64,000 nt of DNA from Prorocentrum cordatum (Eukaryota). Each line of letters begins with the position of its first letter. Position 1 is the stretch's first letter. Below, piece after piece: positions 1 to 64,000 of the stretch. Location of the stretch: the NCBI GenBank assembly GCA_963575745.1, contig CAUYUJ010000260.1, positions 1-64,000 on the forward strand, given 5' to 3'. The translations under genes were made by a program, and so were the position numbers. The notes beneath the pieces were generated by a model. That model did no database searches, was not told the origin of the DNA, and was given only the letters and a program-made list of their open reading frames with translations.

Positions 1-271
1 GTGATTAATGCGTAAGCCAATGCGCCTCTGATGCTGACGAACATGTCCGCAACCATCTCGGATGCCTCGGCGTCAGCGTCTGCGCCAGTGAGTTCAGGAT
101 GTTGCATAGTACAGAGCTGTTTGATGTATTCCTCTTGGTCCAATGCGACATTGCCGCCCCCGTCCCTCGTGTACCTCATGGCACAATTGCTATATGTATG
201 TTTGTTGAGTTTGCACTTACCAAATGTGTCCTCGACACACTTGACGCACTTGCCAATGGTGTCCTCAGTGC
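1..271 (-). mobile_element. Ty1/copia-type reverse transcriptase fragment, runs off the window edge
   Basis: Reverse strand reads ..TEDTIGKCVKCVEDTFGKCKLNKHTYSNCAMRYTRDGGGNVALDQEEYIKQLCTMQHPELTGADADAEASEMVADMFVSIRGALAYALIT, colinear with the copia RT at ~50933-51205. Confidence 0.88.
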
Positions 272-1146
272 GCCACGAAGCGCTGTACTGGGTGGGGGGT
301 GACGCATGCGGGCGGTGCAACTGGGGCCTTCGGTGGAGCTCCCTATGTGGCCACGAAGCGCCGTACTGGGTGGGGGTGACGCATGCGGGCGGTGCCACTG
401 GCCTTCGGTGGGGCTCCCAGGCACGACGCGCTGTACTGGGTGGGGTTGGCGCTTGCGGGCGGTGCCACTGGGGCCTTCAGAGGGCTCCCTATGTGGCCAC
501 GAAGCGCTGTACTGGGTGGGGGAGACGCATGCGGGCGGTGCCACTGGGGCCTTCGGTGGAGCTCCGTATGGGGCCACGCAGCGCTTTACTGGGTGGAGGT
601 GACGCATGCGGGCGGTGCCACTGGGGCCTTTGGTGTAGCTCCTCTTTGGCCACGAAACGCTGTATTGCGTGGGGGTGTCGCATGCGGGCGGTGCCACTGG
701 GGCCTTCGGTGGGGCTCCCTAATGGGCCACGAAGCGCTGTACTGGGTGGGGGGTGACGCATGCAAGCGGTGCCAATGGGGCCCTCGGTGGGGCTCCCTAT
801 GGGGCCACGAAACGCTTTACTGGGTGGGGGGTGACGCATGCGGGCGGTGCAACTGGGGCCTTCGGTGGAGCTCCCCATGTGGCCACGAAGCGCTGTACTG
901 GGTGGGGGTGACGCATGCGGGCGGTTCCACTGGGGCCTTCGGTGGAGCTCCCTATGGGGCCGCGAAGCGCTGTACTATCTGGCGGGTGACGCATGCGGGC
1001 GGTGCCACTAGGGCCTTCGGTGGAGCTCCATATTTGGCCACGAAACGTGTGACGGGTGTGCCGACATGAGCGTGGGTGGCGCATGCGGGCGGTGGCACTG
1101 TGGCCTTCGGTGGACCTTATTTGGCAACGAAAAGTGTGACGGGTGC
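272..1146. repeat. Tandem minisatellite, ~77-bp unit, ~11 copies
   Basis: Unit ccacgaagcgctgtactgggtgggggtgacgcatgcgggcggtgccactggggccttcggtggagctccctatgggg starts at about 273, 351, 422, 498, 574, 650, 728, 805, 883, 960 and 1038. Confidence 0.95.
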
Positions 1147-1244
1147 GATGATGGCGGTGATGATGATGACGATGTTGATGATGACGGTGATGGCGATGAT
1201 GGTGACGATGATGATGCCGCTGATGATCATGATGATGATGATAG

Positions 1245-1287
<43 letters not shown>

Positions 1288-1325
1288 CGCGATGATGATG
1301 ACGGTGATGACGATGATGATGATGA
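1147..1325 (+). repeat. (GAT)n microsatellite
   Basis: Direct reading. Confidence 0.97.
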
Positions 1326-1596
1326 GTGAGGAAGGAGGGGGCAGCGGGAGAAAGAGGAACGCGGGGCACTGTCTCTTCAAAACGAGGACCCAATACCACA
1401 GGATGGTTGATGACAACATATGTTACCGGAGCGGGGATCAACAATCATTATTCTTCAGCCGTGAGAATTCAGAGCTCAACAACAGCATCAGCAACAACAG
1501 CAACACTAACCCGTATCGCAGATCCTCAGTTCAGCCACGCGCCCAGAGACAGTGAATGACCGTTCGGCCCCCTCACTCGCATACACATACCTACAT

Positions 1597-2145
1597 CTGT
1601 ATGTATGTATGTGTATATATATATATATGTATATATGTGTGCATGCATGCATGCATGCATGCATGCATGCATGTACGTATGTACGTACTTACGTGTGTAT
1701 GTAAGTATGTAAGTATGTATGTTTGTATGCATGCATGCATGCATGCACGTATGTGTATATGTATGTATGGGTGTTGCATGATTTATGTATGTATGTATGC
1801 ATATATGTATGTATGTTTATATGGATGTTTGCTCATATGTCTGTATTCATGTATGTATGTATGCATGCATGTATGTATGTATGTTTGTATGCATGTATGC
1901 TCGTTTGTATGTTTGTATGCATGTATGCATGTATGCGTGTATGGTGGCATGTATGTATGTATGTATATACGTATGTGTGCATGTGTATATGTATGCATGT
2001 ATGTGTATGTATGTGTGTATGAATATATGACTGTCTGTCGGTCTGTACGTCTGCACGTATGTATGTATGCATACGTATGTTTATGTATGTAGATGTACGT
2101 ATATGTATTCATAGGTATGTGCATTTCTTCTGTATTTCTATGTAT
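1597..2145 (+). repeat. (ATGT)n/(ATGC)n degenerate microsatellite
   Basis: Direct reading. A similar tract lies at ~10477-10577. Confidence 0.95.
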
Positions 2146-2531
2146 AACAGATCGAAACACACCTTCGTGCATTCCTCCTCCTCCTCCTCCTCCTCCTCCT
2201 CCTCCTCCGCGCCGCGGGCGCCCTTCCTCCGCGCGCTCCGCTGGGCGCGTTCCGCGGCGGGCTCGCCCCGCGCCGCGCCGCAGGACGCCGGCGCGGCCCC
2301 CGGCGGCTCCAGCGGCAGTCTGCTGTCCAGTCGTGCGGGCGGGTGCAGCGCATGGCGCCAGGACCCGCGGCGGCGTGCCGCGCCGCCGTTCCGCCGCCGC
2401 CGTCGCCGCCTTTGCCGCCGCGCCGCCCCGCCGCTCCGCCGCCGCGCACGTCCGCTCCGCCGCGCCGTCGCCCGCGGCAGCCGTCCACGTCACCGTCTTT
2501 GTCGTCACCGTCGTCCTTGTCTCCTTTGTTT

Positions 2532-2704
2532 TTCGGGGGCGGACAGACCTCCTATTCTGACACGTCGATTAGTGAATTGTCCGTTTTCGGTTCTCGAGAG
2601 GGCGCCGCGGCCGTCATTTTCCAGGCTTGCGCCCGCCAGGTTTGGGCCCGAGGTCGTTTTCACTAAACCACGTTTTACTAAAAGTAGGTCTGTCCATCCC
2701 CGAG
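2532..2704. mobile_element. MITE family A, copy 1
   Basis: TIR ttcgggggcggacagacct / aggtctgtccatccccga, flanks ttt/ttt. The ~140-bp core is nearly identical to 22301-22443. Confidence 0.8.
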
Positions 2705-3956
2705 TTTTTGTCTTTGGCTTCACTGTCGTCGTCGTCGTCTTGCCCCCCATCGTCCTCGTCTTCGTCGTTGTGCGCGTGCCGTCTGTATATGATTTGTCGT
2801 CGTCATCTTGGCTCTCTTCTTCCGCCCCCTGGCACACGCTGCGCGACGCCCTCGGTCTACCCTTTGTCGCGCGGACGTTCAGCGCAGTGCACCCGCGCGT
2901 CCTCCTCACCTCTTCCCCCGCTGCTGCTGCCGGTGCTGGTGCCGCCGCTGCCTCTTTTTTCCCCGTCCTCCATCCCTCCTTTCCCGTCTTTTAATGCTCA
3001 TTGACCTTTAAGCTTAGGTGCCCGTGCAGAGTTCTCAAATCTCGACGATTAGTACAGCTGCTGACTGTGCTATATTGTCTCTGCAAGCTGCGTGCCACCA
3101 ATTGCTGATAGGCTATGTGCTTCATCAGCGTCGCAATCCAATCCTTTCCCGTCCGCGTCCTTCCCTTTCCCTTTCTTCCCCCCCATCCCCCTTCTCCATC
3201 CTCCGTTCTCCGCCGTCTCTTCTCCAAGAGTGTCCCCCGCCCGCCCTCCCTCTCTCCTCCCCTCCTCCCTCGGTCCTCCGCTCCCGTCCTGTAGCCTGCC
3301 CGTCTCGCGGTCCAGTGGCAACGAGACTCGCTGGTTCCCCTCCTGTCGCCATGAAGCGAACGGGCCTGGAGGCAACGCGTCTCCTGAGCCCACCGATCCA
3401 CGTGGCTCGAGACACGTCGCAGGAAGGTGTGGCCTACGAGGTTATAGTTCTCGCAGCCCCGGATCTGGGGGAAGCTGGGGGCGCGCGCGATCCGAAGCGT
3501 GCTTCGTGTCAGAGCGTGAATTACCTACCCCGCTTTCGCTTCCAGGCAAAACCAAGCCATACCACGCGCTTCCTCGTCAAGCGGCCTGACCAGTACAGGC
3601 TGCAATTTGGCATCGTTTGGTATCTCTTGGAAGCGAGGGTGGTCAAAAGCGAGGTAGGTTTGTTTTTCCCTATCGTGGCCCGATCTGGAGCGTGACGTCT
3701 GCGCCGGGCTGGGAGCTCGGGGATGGCCGGCACGCGCGCAGCTGCGGCGCGCAGCCGCAGCTGCCGCTCGTCTGATGTGAGCCGCGTGGGCCGAGTGCCA
3801 CGGCCCCAGAGGTCGCTTTGGAGCAGACTCGCCAAGGTAACTTGCCAAGAGGACTTTCGTGGCTAGCCTCATACAGTCAATGCGCTCACGTAGGGGAACA
3901 ACCTTGCCAGGAGGACTTTCGTGGCCAGCCTTCTACAGTCAACACGCTCACGTTAT

Positions 3957-4129
3957 TAGGTGAACCCAATGTGGCATAAACGTAAAAACTCGGAGGTCCG
4001 CGCCGGTTTCTCGGATCGGCGCGGGGGCCCCCCGGCGGTACCTCCGGCGCCGCCGGGGGTCCAGCGCCGATCCGAGAAGTCCGCGCGAACCTCCGGGTTC
4101 TTATGTTTATGCCACGTTTTGTTCCCCTA
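3957..4129. mobile_element. Hairpin MITE with ~80-bp arms and TA ends, inserted in a ~62-bp tandem repeat
   Basis: Left arm taggtgaacccaatgtggcataaacgtaaaaactcggaggtccgcg.. matches the reverse complement of the right arm, taggggaacaaaacgtggcataaacataagaacccggaggttcgcg.. Flanking units gaggactttcgtggctagcct..tacagtc occur at ~3850, 3911 and 4140. Confidence 0.85.
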
Positions 4130-4490
4130 CACTTGCGAAGAGGACTTTCGTGGCTAGCCTTCTACAGTCGATACGCGCACGTAATGGGCATTCCGAGGCC
4201 CAGAAAGGGGTTCGCTGGTCCCCAGGTCCTTCCATGACTGGTCTTCAGCGCCTCATGGGGCCAAGCAAAGGGTCTTTTCATTGTTTAGCGCTCGTGATGG
4301 TAGTAGCTTGTCTGTATCCAGTTGGTGGTAAAACAGCAGACGCATCAAGTTGCGGGGCGATTTCTTCTAATTTGTGGGTGCCCTTTTCTTGGCCCACCCT
4401 AACGCACTCCTAACGATGGTCAATCACTAGATCGGTCAGCTTTGTTGCTTGCTGCTCCTGCTCCGTCCCCTAGTCGCGGGCCCGTCAAAG

Positions 4491-60817
<56,327 letters not shown>

Positions 60818-61871
60818 GTGGGGGGTGGGTGGGGGGGCTTCTCTTTCCCTCCTATTCCGCTTCGTGTTCATCCTCCTCCCTCCCCTTTGTCTCCTTCCTC
60901 TTTCTCACGTTATTGTCCTCCTAGTCAGCCTTTGTCATCTTCATCCTCTCCCGTCTCTTCCTCTTCGCTCCTTCCGCTTTTTCCTCCTCCTTCATAGTTG
61001 ACCTCCCCCTCCTCCTCCTCCTCCTCTTCCCTCGCCTTCTCCTTCCTTCCTCTCTGCCACGTCCCTCTCCACACCCTCCTCTTTTTTAGCCTTCCCCTTC
61101 TCATCCGTACTGTCGTGTCTCATGTTTCCTTCCTCTTATGACTATTTTCCCAAGCGGTGTTTGCACTGTGGTGTAATTGCGTTGCTCCGTTAATTGGTCG
61201 ATTGGGTCTGTTTGTTTTTCGCCACGTTGCGCCGACCGTGCCGCCTAGTGGGCGCCTCGTGGGGGCTCTGCGTTTGGGGTGTGTGTTGGATTCCCGGCAC
61301 GTTATCGCCCATGCCGCCTCGTGGGCCCCGGGCATAGTTTTCACCACACAGCTTATGCCGCATAGCTTCCATCTCACCCTTGCACGAAAAACTGTTTTGG
61401 GTCCACGCATGCTAATAAAGATGTGTCTTTGGCTTCTTCTTGTACTTCCTGCTCCTTGTGTTCCTCATCCTCCTCTCTGTCCTTTCTTTCTGCCCGTGAT
61501 GGTTGTGGTCATGGTGATGACGAGATGATGGCGACGATGATGTCTGCGTTGATGACAAGGATTCCGATGACGATGTCGGTTCTGATGATGCTCTATGGCG
61601 ATTGTGATGATGATCATGAGTTTGATGAAGATGATGAGGATGATGATGATGATGCTGATGATGATGGTGACGATGCCGATGGGGATGATGATGATTGACG
61701 ACGGTGATGAGGTGGAGGATGACGGTGATTATGGTGATGATGGTGATGATGGTGATGGTTACATTTACGATTACGCTGGATGATGTTGCTGATGATGCCG
61801 ACAACGACGATGGACGCTGCTCATGATAGTGCTGATGATTATGCTGCTGCTGCTGCTGCTGATGATGATGC

Positions 61872-61927
<56 letters not shown>

Positions 61928-62302
61928 GTTGTGGTGGTGGTGTTGGTGGCGGACGACTGTGGCCGCCCTTCCGGCGCCGCCGCCCGCCGCCGCTGTCGTC
62001 GTCGTTGCCGTCGCCTCCGTCCATACCCCCCGCTCGATCCTGGATCATCGGTGCCCATCCTCGAGCTTCCAGGGGTCGATCGTAGGCCCTCGGCTGGGAC
62101 GTGGTGCCGGCGGTATGCGTGCCTAGGTTTCGCCGTTCCTACCGCTGGCTGCCTGCCGCGAGGTTGGCGTGCGCTGCACCTGCGGTGCCACTGTTTGGCG
62201 CAGCCCTGTGCTTCGCTCGCGCAGCCGCTGGGTGGAAGCAGCCGAGGCTCTGTCGGGCGAGACGCCTGAGCTGCCACTGAAGCACGTCTCGAAGGCTAAA
62301 TC

Positions 62303-62671
62303 CCGAGCGCCAAGAAAGTGGCGGCGCTCAAGGAAAGCGACGCGGCCACCAAGGTGGCTTCGTACCTTTACCCTGGCGTCGAGTTTACGGTGGTTGGGGC
62401 CAAGGTCGATGTTAGCGACGGCCGCAGCTACTTGAGGTTGACGGTCTGCAGCGGTTGGGTCCCAGAGTGGTCACGTAAGGACCAGTCGAAGAAAGTGGTT
62501 ACTGAGATGGTGGGCGCCGACAGCATGGAGCAGCTGCCGTACGTGACGGAGTTCGGACAGTCCACGCCCTCTTCCCGTTTGGCCAGTTCCGCGTCGGGGG
62601 GTCCAGGACTGGTCAGGCCCAGCTCTGGCTCCCAGCTGACTGCTGCGCACCTCGCGCGGCAGCGGATGTGA
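62303..62671 (+). pseudogene. Intronless SH3-like domain fragment
   Basis: KKVAALKESDAATKVASYLYPGVEFTVVGAKVDVSDGRSYLRLTVCSGWVPEWSRKD fits an SH3-like pattern (L.PG..F.V ... YLRL....GWV). In-frame stop just upstream at 62297. Confidence 0.5.
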
Positions 62672-62804
62672 ATGTCAGGAGGTCTTCCCCTTAGAGTGTC
62701 AGAAGGCGGTTGCTGGGGAATCCAAAAGGTAACGATACCGCTACTCCCTGGAACCCCCTGTGTGCGTTCTGACCAGATGGAGCCTGCTTTTAACAAATTT
62801 CGGG

Positions 62805-63955
62805 GCGATGCTGGCCGTCACCGGGGGGGGGGGATAGGGGGCCGCTGACGTCGCGTTTCGCGACGGTGACGTTTGGAAATGCCTAGGGATGACCGAGGAT
62901 GGGTAGCAGCAGCATGTAGGTTGCGAGTTGCACCGCAGCGCGCACGTGTACACCACAGTGCCTGCTTGCATCACAGCGCCTGCGTACACCACAGCGCCTG
63001 TGCACACCGCAGCAGCCGCGTGCAACACAGCGCCAGAGTACACTGCAATGCCTGCGTGCTTCACAGCGCTTGTGTACACCACTGCGCCTGCGTACGCCAC
63101 TTCAGCCGTGTGCACCACAGTGCCTGCGTGCACCACCGCGCCTGTGTACACCACGGCGCTTGTTTGCACCACAACAACCGTGTGCATCAGAACGCCATTG
63201 TTGCATGTAGAATTTTACAAGGGCGTTTTCTGAAAAAATGGAGCGCCTGTGGGTCCCACAAAAAGGTGGATTCTACAGAGGACTGTTATGGGAAAATGAG
63301 AGCCTTTGGAAGTCTACGAGCCCTCTGGAGTAAGAGGAGGAAGATGAGGAGGAGAAGGAGGAACAGGATTAGGAGGAAGAGCAGGTGCCGTGCCTTGGGG
63401 GTCGGGACGCGCACAGAAACAGGGGTGGCGTCCTCCTGAAAAAGGTCGCTTGAGGCGTGGGGCACTGGAGGCAGTGCAGCGGGAGGCGCTGTGGCATGGG
63501 GGCGCTGTGGCGTTGTTGTTCCCTGTTTTGTGCACGCTGGCGCACTGGGGTACACCAGCTTTGTGTTGTACGCGGATGATGTGTTGTACACAGGCGTTGG
63601 GGTGTGCATAGGCGCTGCGGTGCACGCAAACGCTGTGGTGTACACAGGCGCCGCGTTGCGGACGGCTGCGGCGTTGTACACGTTCGTTGTGGTGTACACA
63701 GGCGCTGTGGTGCATGCGAGCACTGCGGTGTGCACAGGCGCTGCGTTGTACGCGGCTGTTGCGGTGTACGCAGGCGCTGTGGTGTGCACGCCCGTCGTGG
63801 TGCGCGCGAGCATTGCGGTGTACACAGGCGTTGTGGCCTGCATGCTGCTCCAACTTGGCCGCGGTCATCCGTAGGCATTCCAGCACGCCGCCGGCGCGGA
63901 ACGTGACGTCACCTGGGAGGGGAGGGGGGCGGGGCCGGTGACGGCCGTTATCGCG
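62805..63955. mobile_element. Foldback-like element with ~400-bp inverted arms built partly of 18-bp tandem subrepeats
   Basis: Left arm ggccgtcaccgg..tgacgtc..atgcctagggatgaccg..gcagcatg + (gtacaccacagcgcctgc)n. The right arm is the reverse complement, ending ccggtgacggcc. Confidence 0.82.
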
Positions 63956-64000
63956 GGTTTCTTTCAACATGCAGTACCGTTTTTACTACATGCTCCGCGC

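Noticed and set aside
272..1146. CRISPR-like regular array
   Set aside because: Whole units repeat with no unique spacers, no cas genes, and the context is eukaryotic. The same applies to 44697-45032 and 48075-48310.

Overview
GC-rich, repeat-dense eukaryotic DNA. The splice signals (every junction G|G, with GT, GC and GA donors and AG|G acceptors) and the repeat content point to a dinoflagellate. Almost the whole window is the 3' half of one + strand Na+/Ca2+ exchanger (NCX/SLC8-type) gene. I assembled 11 small exons (25-90 nt, 753 nt = 251 codons, frame preserved at every junction) spread over about 56 kb; the ORF track does not show this gene. The introns hold a decayed ~10.8 kb Ty1/copia-type LTR retrotransposon (22228-32989: LTR, PBS, gag, protease, C5 DNA-methyltransferase-like domain, integrase, partial RT, RNase H, LTR). 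The window also holds two more copia RT fragments, a DIRS-type tyrosine recombinase remnant, a probable LTR+PBS fragment, a foldback-like element, many MITE families (several with target-site duplications), minisatellites and long microsatellites. The most interesting item is the methyltransferase-like domain inside a copia polyprotein. Nearly all long ORFs in the supplied track are low-complexity or repeat artefacts. I found no rRNA, tRNA or CRISPR array. All calls come from manual reading and remembered family motifs; no database searches were run.
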